A stretch of DNA of 64,000 nucleotides from the human T2T-CHM13v2.0 reference genome, Homo sapiens. The notes beneath the pieces are model-generated. The model searched no databases. It saw only the letters and a program-made list of their open reading frames with translations, and was not told where the DNA came from. The stretch is from the NCBI RefSeq assembly GCF_009914755.1, contig NC_060938.1. One strand, 5' to 3'. Each line of letters starts with the position of its first letter. Position 1 is the stretch's first letter. Below are positions 1-13,350 of the stretch, one piece after another. A program made the position numbers and the translations under genes.

Positions 1-149
1 TCAAGCCTTCCACATTGGTGGAACTCTCACACCCTCGGAGGGATACCTCCCATGACAGAGTGAAGGGTGACTCAGTGAGCATCATCATAACCGTCTTCCT
101 TCAATCCCTCCATTTTCTCCAACACTGTAGATGGGGAAAAATAAACCCA

Positions 150-470
150 TTATAAGCCCTTCTTTAATCTAGGGTAGCCATGTGACATTATTCTAGCCAA
201 TAGAATATAATCAGAAGTCCCTAGAGAAAGTACCCATTCCTAGATAAAACCTTGCTAGGAGAAGGCTTTCAGTTTGGTGCTTTCCTTTTCTCTCAGCGTG
301 GAACATGGATGGAATGCTTGAAGTGGAAGTAGCAGCAACCATCTTACCTTGAGAAGCCTCACATGCCAAGTCACATGGCTAGGAAGGATCAAGGTGTAAG
401 GACTAAGATCCTGAATGTCTGATTTCAAAACCAAAATGTTCTTACTCCTTTTGGTTTACTACCCACCATA
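150..470 (+). mobile_element. Old MaLR LTR fragment (MLT1 family)
   Basis: Typical MLT1 motifs: tagggtagccatgtgacattattctagccaatagaatataatcagaagt and gcagcaaccatctt. Boundaries are approximate. Confidence 0.6.
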
Positions 471-1947
471 GCAGAGATACAGTGAGCTTCGTGGGAGAGA
501 GAAAATTTCAAATGAAAGAAAACTATAGCAATGGAGAGTCAAGAAATGTCTAACTCGGTAGGACAACAGGATTTTAGGAGAAGGGGTTCCACAACGCAAG
601 GCAAAAAAGCAACTGATGTCCTCAGGACATTTATGGAAGGAAGGTATTTTGATGAAGCATCTTTATTATTAAATGTGATCACACATAAATTAACTTTGTA
701 GAGATAATCTAATTGTTGGTGAAGCCTTAATTGAATGCAGATTGTTACATGCTCTTTGTACGGCAGGATTTATTGGAAGGACATGAAGTAGAGAAATGAT
801 TTGGTATCATTTTGACAAGCATTGTCTACTTATTTAAAAGGTGTGATGACATATGATCCAGCATCAGATCCCTAGATAGGAACCTGTTTTACATATAGGT
901 ATATGCAGTTTTTTTTTAAATAAAAATTAACATTTTCTCAATCTTTTCCATTATTTTGCTAAGGATTTTCTTATTGTAGTGTGGGTATAAATTTAACTCT
1001 AATTCTAGCCATAAAAACTATTTAAAACGATTTGGCCTCATTGTATGGAATTTAAATTTTGAGAAGTGTTTTTTCTTTTTTTCTATTGTACAAGTCTGGT
1101 ACATCAGAGAAACAAGTAATAACAGACCAGGTATTTTTTGAAACTTTAATTTACTGGTTTGAGTAGAGCAAGGGCTCATAGAATTCATGAGAAGTAGAAG
1201 CTGAGGAAGACTGGGGCCAGGCTGAGATTTAACTGAAGAAATCTTGGAATTAGAGAGGACCATGGATTTCAAGGTTAAGTATGTGATGATCATCATTGAG
1301 TCAAAATAGAAAGAATGTAGTGTATTCAACAAGTATTTGTTGAAAATTTACAACTGTATAGGAAATTTGCAATTCTTCTATCAGGAATTATGCTTGACTT
1401 TCTGTGCTTTATTATTTTTCAGATATTCCAGAATATAATAAAATCTTGTTTTTATTAAATCTGCAACCAACTTCTAAATATCCCAACCCCTGAGCAGTGA
1501 TGAGCAGAAGACTAAAGCTATATTGTTCCAAATCAAGTCAGAAATGAGGAGAAATCAGGAGAATAAGGTCCTCTGTGGAAAATTCCCTGGCATTAGTTTC
1601 ATGAAGCTGAATTTTGAGCACTGATAATAGGAACACTGCTGCCAACCTAGATATCACGGCACACAGGTAGATTTTGAAAGACATCCAGACCGCATACCTC
1701 TTAGCAATTTGTAGCTGGTGTTTAGCACCTGATGTTATATTCTGACGTACACCCAGAACCTGGTCACGACATACTGTCTGCCACCTTAACCATTTCAAAC
1801 TCTTGGGCTCTGTGCCAGATGCCAAACTGGCAAACTGTAGACAAAAAAATTCCATAATCCAATTATGGAAGTATAAGCCAGGTGAGTCTAACTTGGAGTT
1901 TGAATCACAAAATTTCAATAATTTCCTTCCCATTTCATTCTATCTAA

Positions 1948-2175
1948 AGGCTTCTCAACTTTGTGGCTATTAACATTTAGGCTGGGAAGTTTTTTTGGCT
2001 GTGGGAGGTTATCTGTACATTGTAGTGTATTTAAAAGCGGCATCTCTGGGCTCTACTCACCTGAGGCCAGTAGCAACCACCCGAGTCATGTTGATCAAAA
2101 ATACATGGGAACACTGACAGAAGAGACTTGGGGACAAAATTGTACCCCATCCTCACTTAGTCAACAACCACTGCT
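1948..2175 (-). mobile_element. MER20 DNA transposon fossil (hAT-Charlie)
   Basis: ggcttctcaac...cattgtagtgtattta...gccagtagca...aaccactg matches the MER20 layout. It is a paralog of 46059-46277. Confidence 0.75.
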
Positions 2176-2699
2176 CTGTGCAGAAGTTACACCAATGCTG
2201 AAATATTCCAAATAACCGTAGTCCACAGTATCAAGCAGAACACAGAGGTCGCATAGCACAAGGCTCATTCTATTTGACAGCGTGGACACTGCAGGGGATG
2301 GAAAGGCCTAATTCTGACAAAGTAAGAGGAATGTAGGCTACATTCAAGGTTTGGAAAGGAGATGTGATAGAAGAAAAGTAGAAACTTGCTACTTTTCTGC
2401 AAACTGGTGTGAAGGGAGGGAAGGTGACTGGTATTTGCAGCGTTCAGTGCCAAACCGAACAATGTGCTGAACAAAAAGACTTTTCTTGTTTGTTTAACTT
2501 AAGGACTTGTTTTCTCCAAGATAGAGACAGCTGAGCAGGTTTAGAGTCAGAAAAGAGTTAATAAAAGAGTATGTAGGCAGACATGGAAAAGGGAAACAGA
2601 AGGGGGAAATGGAAGTTCAACGAAAGGAATGGTAGTTACAGGATGTCTGAAGAGGTGGCTGATGTTATGGAGGACAGAACAACACAGCCAGAAGAATTG

Positions 2700-2910
2700 A
2701 GAATCCAGAACTGGGCTGTGTAATTTTAAGTCTTGGGTTTACTATTTAGATGCATGACATTGGGTTTTGTTTTTTTAAATCTTAGAATTCCAGTTTTCTC
2801 ATCTGCAAAATGCGGGTCATAATAATTCCCACTCTTCAGCGTTACTGGGATGTGCAAATGTGAATGTCTGTAAGGCATATAACAATGCCTGTACTAAATA
2901 TGCAGCTATA
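2700..2910 (+). mobile_element. MIR SINE fragment
   Basis: MIR core cagttttctcatctgcaaaatgcgggtcataataat. Confidence 0.7.
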
Positions 2911-3772
2911 GAATAATACTGAATGCATGATGAGGTGTCATGGAGCACACAGGGCACACATATGCAGAGTGGCTTCCACAGTGACTGTGATGATCCTGTG
3001 TAGTCCGAGCTCAGTGAAAATTAACAGGAAGATATGAGCATGCCCTAGCAGGCAGAAGGAGAGAGGAGGATTAAAGCCTTAATGTGACCACAGACCCAGG
3101 ATGGACCAATAATCTTTGGCCTTTCTAATGGCTATGCTGGAAATGGGTGAATGCAGAGGAGGAATGCAATAGCTAATCTGCCAGGAGCATTGAAAGTGAG
3201 AGACGACAGGTAAGTAGCTAAGGAAATTGTGGGAGTTGGGGCACCAAGGCCATGGTCTTTCTTAACAGAGGAGCAAGGAGAAATGTCTGGTGACTCTATG
3301 GTCCAGGTGTGGCTCACAGTGTCAGAACATGCATTCTCTGTGGAGATGGGGCTTGGAGTTAAAATCTCAGCCCTTAAAATATCATCTCTCCCATATAAGT
3401 GCCCAATACATAGCTGTTCAGTGGACAATTGAATAGGTAAGGGAAACTAGTAGCTTCTTTCTGATGTAAACTCTTCTTGCAAACCTTTAAAATCTTCATA
3501 GCCATTACATTTTACCTTTTATGGCTATTTACATATGTGATAGTTAATTTTGTGTCAACTTGACAGTGCCACAGGGTGCCCAGATATTTGATCAAACATG
3601 ATTCTGGGGGTCAGAGGTTTTAGTTGAAACCAGCATTTGAATAGGTAGACTAAGTAAAGCAGATTGCCCTCCCTGCTGTGGGTGAGCCTTATCCAGTCAG
3701 TTGAAGGCCAATTTCAGATCTTGGGACTTCTACCTCCATAATCGCTTGAGCCAATTCCTTATAATAAATCCC

Positions 3773-3775
<3 letters not shown>

Positions 3776-3824
<49 letters not shown>
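3776..3824 (+). repeat. (CA)24 microsatellite
   Basis: Perfect AC dinucleotide run. Confidence 0.98.
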
Positions 3825-3828
<4 letters not shown>

Positions 3829-4227
3829 TGACACTTGCATACAGGTTTGAACTGCATAGATCCACTTATATATGGATTTTTTTCTGCCTCTGCCACCCGA
3901 GACAGCAAGACCAACCCATCTTCTTCCTCCTTCTGCCTATTCAATGTGAAGATGAGGATGAAGACCTTTATGATTACTATTAAATGAAAACGGATAAATA
4001 TGTTTTTTCTTCCTTATGATTTTCTTAATCCTTTCTTCTAGCTTACATTATTGTAATAACACAGTATATAATACATATAACATATAAAATATGTGTTAAC
4101 TGACTTATTGGTAAGGCTTCCAATCAACAGTTAATTTTTAGGGGAGTCAAAGTTATACACAAAATTTCACTGCTCAGGGTGGCTGGTATCAGTGCCCTAA
4201 CCCCCTCATTGTGCAGGGGCCAACTCT
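3825..4227 (+). mobile_element. Tigger2a (MER28) DNA transposon nested in the MLT2 LTR
   Basis: gagttgacacttg...ggtttgaactgc...gagacagcaagaccaaccc...gtgcaggggccaactc follows the Tigger2a consensus with degenerate TIRs. Confidence 0.8.
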
Positions 4228-5014
4228 ACATCTACATCTGTCTCCTGTTTTTCTAGAGAACCGTGACCAATACACACATTTTGCCTGTTATTATAATTAC
4301 TGTATATTTGCCTCAGTTCTTTCACCAGACTCTACATCTGAGATAGTTGACTATAACTTTTTCAGTTTTTTGTCTCATATGACCTTATTTTTAATAGCCA
4401 CACATCTAGACATTTGTAGAATTAAACGCAATTTCAAAGAATAATGGTGAAAAAAAGACACAAAGCTACAATGTCAGATTGGCTGGAGAGTCACAATTTG
4501 GTGAAGTGTTTCTTAAACTGGAATCCACTGATGTATTCAAAAAGTTGAGAAAAAAAATTCCTTTAATTTGCTATTTTAATAATCTACAATAATATTTTAT
4601 CAGTTACAAGGACAGACTTGTCTTTTGTGGTGAAAAGCACAACTGAAAGATATTTTGATAGACCCTGAGCTCTTAAGTCAGTGCCTCTATGACTTCTCAG
4701 GCTTTTTATTCCTATTAAAGGAGTTACATTATTCAAATTTAAGAAAATTTTGGTTGGAGAAAGAACCCCAGGATGGATATCAGGAGAGCAGTTTCTAACT
4801 CTGGCTCTGCCAACATTGTGCAAATTATTCTAGACCTAAATTTTGGTGTTTTTTTAAATTAAAACAAAGGGTTTAAATTTGATGTTTTCTGAGTTTCTCT
4901 CTGCTTCAAATGTCTAAGAATGTTGAAATTAGCAGGGAAAAAGGAAAATATAAGTGTGAACAAGATAGTACATATTTCAAAAAAAAAGTATCAACTATAG
5001 CTATAGAGTAATTA

Positions 5015-5105
5015 CTATATATCAGGCATGATTCCAGGTACTTGATATTCATCAATGTACAAATTAAAATCCCTGCCCTCAGGAAGCTTGCATAAAGGGC
5101 ATATT
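5015..5105 (-). mobile_element. L2 3'-end fragment
   Basis: The reverse strand reads gcaagcttcctgagggcagggatttt...tcaagtacctggaatcatgcctga. Confidence 0.6.
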
Positions 5106-5309
5106 TGGGTGAATGAGTGGGTTAAAAAGAAAACAAACAGTGAAATAAATAAATTCACATATGACCTAGAAGAAATATGTGAATTCATATTCAGTGGAAA
5201 ACTATGCACTACCTAGAAGATATCTGCTTCTAGTCATTCACTGTCTTTGAGCACTTTTACAGATCTTTAAGTTGTAGATAACAGAGAGCAATGTAAAACA
5301 ATTCTTTTA

Positions 5310-5665
5310 CAGAGGGTCCCTGATTTAGGATAGTTCAACTTACTATTGTTCAACTTTAAGAAGGTGCAAAAGCTACATACATTCAATAGAAACCAAACTT
5401 AGAGTGCTCAGATAACCATTCTGTTTTTTCACTTTTAGTATTCAATAAATTTTAAGAGATATACAACATTGTATTATAAAATAGGGTTTGTGCTGGATGA
5501 TCTTACCCAAATGTAGGCTAAGATAAGTTTGTGAACACATTTAAGATAGGCTGTGCTAAGCTACAACATTTGGTAGGTTAAGGGTATTACATGCATTCTC
5601 AACTTATGACATTTTCAACTTATGAGTTTATTGAGGTGTAACTCTTGTAAATTGAGGAGCATCTG
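5310..5665 (-). mobile_element. MER47A (TcMar-Tigger) DNA transposon, full length with TA target duplications
   Basis: TA|cagagggtccc...gaggagcatctg|TA termini, and internal similarity to MER47A. Confidence 0.8.
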
Positions 5666-5989
5666 TATACCTGAAGTTTAGTGAGGTAAAATTGACTTCT
5701 CCCTCATCTCTCCCCACCCCAAATAAAAAGCCAGTTTAGTCTCCATTTGCACATTCATTTCAGTGTTCCTGATCTATATATAAATTTGCCAGATCTACAG
5801 ATTGTCCTTTGAACTCGTCTTAACATCTGCTTGGATGTTAATTAAGGGATAAAATAGAATCTTTAAAATGCTCATTTTTATTTATGAGGGTTATGATTTT
5901 TACCTTTCTCTGAAAGTTATCTTTTAGTCATAAATAAAGTCTACAAAGAAAATAAACCAGATGAATGTGGCGGAGTGTTATGAGGTGAG

Positions 5990-6380
5990 CTGAGGGGCTG
6001 AACAGCTTCACATCTGCTCATCAGGAAAGTCTTCTTGCAGGAGGGAGACACTGAACTGGAATGTAAATGATGACAGTAGCATCTCTGAGAGGCCATGGGG
6101 AGGAACATTCCAGGAAGAGGCAGCAAGAGAGACAAGGATCCTGAGGTGAGCATTTCTTTGCTGGATTCAGGGTATCAGAACACAGCCAAGACTTGAGACT
6201 AGTACACACTGCATGAAGGGAATATGACATAAGGTGAGGACAGAGATATAGACAATTGCCAGATGTTTAGGGCATCAAAGGCCATGATACGGTGTTTGGG
6301 TTTTATTCTCAATGCAATTGGGAAGACATAGGAAAGAAATGATCTGAATTCCATATTCGAAAGAACTTCCTGTAGCCAAG
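5990..6380 (-). mobile_element. L2 LINE fragment
   Basis: caggaaagtcttcttgcaggag...aggaacattccaggaagagg...tttgggttttattctc are typical antisense L2a motifs. Confidence 0.7.
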
Positions 6381-6958
6381 ACACTTGATTTACTGGTTGA
6401 TCTGTATCACTTGTTTAGTCCTCAAGCTAATTCTATGGGGCAAGCATTCTGATTTTCCCCCACCTCATAGATAAGGAAAATGAAGCTCAGAGGGTAAGTG
6501 GGCAGCTAATATCTACAAGGCAATGACTGTAATCCGTCAATGTAAATAGGTGTTTGCATAATATTGGTGATTAAGTTGTGAATGAGTTCAATCTTTTATC
6601 AACAATACTTTTCTGAACCATTGAATTGAATTAGGTTTTATAGATTTACTTTACAGAGTTTCTTATCCTTTTTCTTTTAAGGTTATTTTCTGGCTCTCCT
6701 TTCAGGAAATATTTGTAAAGTTTGTTGAGGAATTTGAGTTAACACTACTATTGAATCAATGCTAGCTATTAAAGCCTTGGGAAGCTTATCCAACTTCTGT
6801 ATTGTTTCTATCAGTTTTTATTTGTGTATATAATGAACCATAGTGTAACTAGCATATAGTCTTACACACAGCAGATGCTTACTTACTCACTACTCATATA
6901 ATGCAGTTACACTGGCACATTTCTTCTCTAAACTACTTACCATGTCAGCAACAAATAA

Positions 6959-7265
<307 letters not shown>

Positions 7266-9564
7266 TTGCAATGCATCTTAGTCTTATTTGTAATAGCTTT
7301 TAGGTTGGGTTTGCGATTTAATGGCTATGTGAATGATTTATTTTTTCCCCCTAATTTAGTGAATCTATTACAAACTGTATTATTCTCACTGATAGTTCAC
7401 AATTTAACGTTTACAATACTCTCACTATTGGAGTAGAAAAATCGCATTTTGGAAACAAAGGAAAAAAAAATCAGTGGATTGGTTAAGTCAAGTCCCACCC
7501 AATGAGCTATGCTGAGAAGACTTGTCTATCTTTGCAACTTCTTTAGATACTGTAACTTTTTATTATATATAATTCCTTTATCATGATGATGTGCTTTTGC
7601 TGTTGACTGGGAATATAATCCGCTCCCATTTCAGCTAATTTTCCATGGACCAATTTAGATGCTTTCCCATCTCAAAATACGAAAGGTTTTGAAGTCTGAC
7701 AAAACAATAACAATTTGGACACACACTGAAATGAACCACCAGTGGTTTCCCAGAAGAACTGCAATGACTATTTTGTGTGGAGAACATTTCTCCCTGAGTC
7801 TCCCGAATCATCCAGCTTGGCCACATCCCAATTGTTCTTTCAGCAAAAATAGAGAAAAGGAAAAAACTAGCTAAGCAAAACGTTAAGTACAAGGAATATT
7901 TCAGGAAGGGCAGTCAGCTGGAAGTTTTCAGTCAAAACTATCAGCTTTTTGGATCCAAAAGGTTTAGGGATTTCAACCTTACAAGGGAAAATAACACTAG
8001 TCGTCCTGAGCATGTGTGTGTTTATGTTAATACAAACACACTAATTGTGCATCTTTCTTCTACTTTAAATAAGTTTTCCAAGCAGATGGTCGTGATTAAG
8101 CAGATACCTTCCACACTCACAGTGGCCTGGTGAGAAACAAAAATAACACACTAAGCATATTAAAATGTATAAATATTTTCTCATACTGATTTTATTAGCT
8201 GAGCATCTCATATGCGTGTTGCCTCTAATTCAGCACAATAGGTTTATTTTCATAGATTCTGTTTTTTTCTTCAGGCTAGGCAGAATTCCTCTGAGGTGAA
8301 GACACATAATCCCTTTAGACTCTTGGGTCACCCCAGGGACGGAGTGCTTTTATTGCTTGCTCAAGCTTTAAAAGAGCTGCTTGTTAAGCCTAAGAGATCA
8401 GAATACTATCCTTAAAAAACCCTCAAATAGGGCAGGCACCCTTCATCATATGTGCTATGCTAATCTTCCCGGGAGAAAAAAAAACCCATTGAACTAAATG
8501 CCTTTTTTGGAGGGCGGGGGGAGGCAAATAAAGCAGAGTTTAAAAAATGAAAGGAAAAATAGTGGCTTCTCTTCTGCCTAGAACGGGAAGGCTTTAACTC
8601 CATCATTCTACCCAGGTGAACTAAAACAGTTACATATTAGTATATCAGTCATCATTTTTAGAAGTTAACCTACTTCTGGTTTTTGTTCCACGTCAGCTTA
8701 GACTACAAGAAGCCCCATAACTTAAAGTATCAAATAGTAAGAAAACATTATAAACTGAGTCAAAACAATTGTTTCAACTAGATGAGACTTAAGGTCAGAT
8801 AAATGTATTATTTTAAAAATAGTAAGAGTTATAACTGATAACAGCATTAATTACTAACAGTCCTTTAAAAATCCTTAATGCATTAATAATGCATATTTTA
8901 TGTGATTGTTAATTACTTAAGACATCTTTTTAGGGTCCTGAAATTACATGCGCCAAGCACCTGTTACATGGCTTCTTTGAAGGTTAATGAAGCAGAAAAA
9001 TGGAGTTCAAATACACGGAGAGAAATATAATGAAGGAAAAAGAGGAATAGACTAGCCTTTTAGAAGCACATAGTGAAAAAACATCTAATGATCTTTTATT
9101 GTGTTGACATGTATTTTAGGTTTAAAAAGAAACTATTAGAGTCAATCATTATATTATGTTTTACAACCCTTACCTATTTTAGGCCTCCAAACCGTTTTTA
9201 CCTGTGATTTAAAAAATAACTTAGAACTGCACTTCTGCCATTCACTGGAGCTGATTTGCACTCTGAACTCTGTTCTAACCTAATCAGGGCCCCACTTTCT
9301 CATTGGGTAACCAAGCAAAAACATGAAAGCGGTGAGTTGTACACAAAGACACATGAGGGCCAAATTGTCTTAAGTTTCCAGAATGGCCAGTGAAGATGGC
9401 AGCAACTTCTTGCTACATTTTGATGGATCCCTGGCATGGAAAAGCAAGATGATCCCTTATCCTAGAACTATGTACTGTCCAACAGTGGCATCTTTGTGAT
9501 AAGATGTTTCCACTTTCAAAGGAAGCTATGCAGGCAGCTTCCAGAATCCTGTGTATCAAAGTAT

Positions 9565-9671
9565 TTCGGTTGGTGCAAAAGTAACCGTGTTTTTTGCCAT
9601 TAAAAGTAATGAAATCATTTTTAGGTTGGTGCAAAATTGTGGTTTTTATCATTCCTTTTGCACCAACCTAA
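9565..9671. mobile_element. Compound MADE1 (Hsmar1-derived MITE): a half element followed by an internally deleted element
   Basis: ggttggtgcaaaagtaaccgtgttttttgccattaaaagtaatg, then ttaggttggtgcaaaa...ttttgcaccaacctaa. Confidence 0.85.
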
Positions 9672-9869
9672 CAAAACACGAAACACATCATTTGATAAGA
9701 TACAAATATCAAGCCTGAACTTAATTAAAAATGCTTACAATGTGACCAATTTAGAGACTATCTTATGAACAAGAACAGACATCTCTTATGGAAATAAGAG
9801 CTTAGGTTTATATGGATTTAAACTTTTTGAAGCAATTTTACATTTTATTGCATTTGATTCTTCTATCTG

Positions 9870-10245
9870 TGAGGATTGTTGTAATGACAAACCACAGAGA
9901 ATATCATTGGCTTAAAACAGCACGGGTGTTATTTCTTGCTCATGTTACTTTTCATGGATCACCTGAGGAGAGCCACTTGCCCTCTATTACCCTCACTCAG
10001 GTATCCAGGCCAAGGGAAGCTCCATCTCTGTGCTTCTGTGATTGCGAAGTCGGGGAAAGGGAGCATGCTGAGTGGTACACTAGCTGTATCTTCTTGAAAG
10101 TGATTCAGGTCACTTCTGCTCATTGTTTGTGAGCCAAAGCAAGTCCCATGGTTCCTTCTTCAAAGGAAGTGAGGAACTTAAACCAGCTCTATTCCTGGAA
10201 ACAAAACAACCCGAATGTGTAGGAGAGATCAACAACTACCACATT
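9870..10245 (-). mobile_element. Old MaLR LTR (MLT1J/K-like)
   Basis: cattggcttaaaacagcac...ttatttcttgctcatgttac...cacttctgctcattg...aaagcaagtcccatgg. Confidence 0.65.
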
Positions 10246-10375
10246 CTTCTTAATAGCTCTATGAGGAAATACAGTCCTGGAAACCAGGCATTTTTTCCAA
10301 AGACGAAAGTAGACAATGGATAGGCAACTACACGGGGAAAGCCTCTTCTTTGCTGGTATCATCTCACTATGCCAT

Positions 10376-11230
10376 TGTAAACCAAAAATAAAATCCCAAG
10401 ACCCCCAACCAATTAAATGGACCCCTCCTCTTGGGCAAGAGTGTTCCTAAATATATCTGAAAAACTAGTTTAGGCCATGATGAGAAGGGGGATCGACATA
10501 CCTCATTAAACTCCCATCCCTTTGGAATTCAAGCACAGCTCACCAGCATTTAACATTAAAATGGAGACCTTAAGACTGACAAAGCAAACACTTTGTGGCA
10601 ATAAGATACCAAGTGACAGATAGCAGGCCCTAAAAGAAATCAAAGTATTTAACCCTAAAATTTATTTCTTTGACATATTTTGAAATGGCCCTGCAAAGTT
10701 GTCTCTTGTAGGGAAAATCTACGTTCTGTAGAGAACCCACTTCCCTTTCCAGGCCTTTTTCCTGATCCAAGAGAGAATTAATTAAGAGTCTGGCATCTTT
10801 TTAAGTCTGATAAGAAACACTTACTATCTATTCTCTCTGAAGCCTGCTACCTGGAGGCTTCATCAGCATAATAAAAACCTTGGTCTCCATAACTCCTTAT
10901 CTTAACCCAGACACTCCTTTCTATTGATTCCAGGTCTTTAGATAAACTCTTTTAACCAACTGCCAATCAGGAAATCTTTGAATCCCCCTATAACCTGGAA
11001 GTCCCCATGCTTTCAGTTGTTCCCCCTTTCTGGACCAAATCAATATTTATATTATGTGTATTGACTGATGTCTTATGTCTCCCTACAATGTGTAAAACCA
11101 AGCCATAGCCAGACTGCTTTGGGCACATGTTCTCAGGACCTCCTGAAGCTGTGTCATGTCTATGTCCTTAAGCTTAGCAAAATAAACTTCTAAATTGACT
11201 GAGACCTGTCTCAGATACTTTTGGTCAACA
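10376..11230 (+). mobile_element. Solo ERV1 LTR, MER4 family (MER4D1-like)
   Basis: TGTAAACCAAAAATAAAAT...gagacctgtctcagatacttttggtcaACA. It has TG..CA ends, AATAAA at ~11181 and near-matching 4-bp flanks (CCAT/CCAC). Confidence 0.85.
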
Positions 11231-12139
11231 CCACAATGTGTAAAATTTTATTCCTCCTTTCTTTAGGCTGAACAATGCCTTGCTTAACACAAAAATACCT
11301 TTCTTAACATCCTGTTGTGAATTGTTAGATGATGGGAATATACTCTTCAAGATGAACATGAAGCACAGTCATGATACAAAAATCAAACTATTAAGTGGTG
11401 CACCCCAGCCTGATTCAGTAGGAAGGGATTTCTGGCCTACAGCATAGGAGGTCTCCATGACTTTTGTAGTATGGAGTGGAAAGATGGGTAGGATGGGAGT
11501 TGGGAGGCTCTTTTTACCAAAAGGCAGGACAGTCCTAGGGGGAAAAAAAAGAAAAAAACACCTCTGTGGACATTTTTGAAGATAATACATTATGAAAAAG
11601 TTAAGTAATGTGTCCTTCTTAAGTAATATTTCTTAGAACTTTATAAAGCAAATTAAAAACAAAGTAAGAATTAAACAGATGATGCGTGTAAAAACTGCGA
11701 ACTTGCAGAAAAAAAAAAAAGACTGAGAATTTTCTTGAAATAGCTGTGCTAGCCCTAGTCAAGTAATTGACCATTCCAGTGAAGCTTAATTTGGGACACT
11801 AAATTTGGAATCAGGACCATGAAAGAAAAGTTGACAGATGGGACTTGGAGACATACTTCTACTGAACACACTGAAGTATCTAAGAATTGCAAGTTGATAC
11901 CAACATTGTGCTGTATATTATTTATATAGCACATATATATACTTTCTTACATTGACAAGGTGCTTTGATATTTTGATCATAAAACTTTTTTGAATGAAGC
12001 CTTCATGAAGTCCCATATTCCTGACTTTTTGCTAGCATTCTCATAAAATCCTGTCATATTTTTAATTCATAGTTTCTAGCCATCTTTTTGGCTTTAACAC
12101 TCAAAAGCTCCATTGGAAAGCTTTTTCCAGGTTGAAGGA

Positions 12140-13350
12140 ATTGCTTTATTGCCCTTCTATTCCTCTTGCCATGTAAAGACAAAGTGTTAATCTCCTCCAG
12201 AGGATTCACCAATAAGGCACCATGTTAAAAATGAAGACCAGGTCCTTATCAGACACTTAATTGATCAGTTCCTTCATCTTGAACTTCATCTCTAGAACAA
12301 TAAAAGTTTATTTTGTATAAATTCCTAGTCTCTGGTATTTTGTTACAGTAGTGCAAATGGACTAAGAAACTGATACTAGGAGTTGGGTGTTGCTGTAACA
12401 AATACCTGAAAATGTGGGAACATATTTGAAACTGGGTCATGGGTAGAGGCTGGAATGGTTCTGAAATGAATGCTGAAAACCTGCTATATTGCTATGACAG
12501 AAAATTAAGGGTGATTCTTGCAAGACCTCAGAAGAACAGAAGAGCTACAGAGACAGTCTCAGTCTTAGAGAACATCTAAATGGTCTTGAACAGAATGTTG
12601 GTAAAAATATGGACAATAAAGGCCATTCTGATTAGGTCTTCATAGGGAAATGAAGATTATCTTATTGGGAACTGGAGGAAAGTCCACTCTTGTTACAAAA
12701 TGTGGTAAATAACTTGGCTGAATTGTGTCCGTGTCCCTTCTGCTTTGGGAAAGGAGGAATTTAAGAGTGATAAACTAGGTTATTTGGCATGAGAAAACTT
12801 TAAGCAAGGTGTTGAGGGTGCTGCATGGTTTCTATTATCTGCTTATAATAAAATGCAAACAGAAATTAGTTAAATATGGAATTTATTATCAACAGAGAAA
12901 CCAACCAAAGACTTAGAAAATTCTCAGCCTGGCCATATAAAGAATAAAAAGTGTTCAGAAAAGGAAACCAAGGGTGTGGTAAAGTTACCCTTTGATAGAT
13001 TCCTATAGACAGAAGGAAGCCAGTGCTACTCATTAAGACAATGAAAGAATGTCCCCAAAGGCATCTCAGAGATCCTTGAGGCTGCCATGCTCATCACTGG
13101 CCCAGAAGTACCAGGTCTCTGAGGGAAGAATTATTTCAAGGAAAAAGCCTAGGGCCCCCATGCGATCTCAGAGCTATTTGCACATGTTCATATCAAGTCT
13201 CTGTCCCCACACTCTGGTGCAGTGCCCCTTGGCAGCCTCAGCTGTGGCCCAAGAAGGCCCAGGTATAGCTTGAGCTGCAACTCCAGAGGGTACAAGATGT
13301 AAACCTTTGCACCATCCACATGATGCCAACTCTGAAGGTGCATGGAGTGT
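12140..13350 (+). mobile_element. MaLR (MST/MLT1A-type) LTR 3' half plus adjoining internal sequence
   Basis: The LTR end ggtattttgttacagtagtgcaaatggactaaga is followed by internal-type aactgatactaggagttgggtgttgctgtaacaaatacctgaaaatgtgg. Confidence 0.75.

Larger units (their letters stand above)
3536..4274 (+). mobile_element. MLT2 (ERVL) LTR, internally deleted and interrupted by a (CA)n repeat and Tigger2a
   Basis: Starts tgtgatagttaattttgtgtcaacttgac and ends ctagagaaccgtgaccaataca, both MLT2 termini. Confidence 0.8.
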
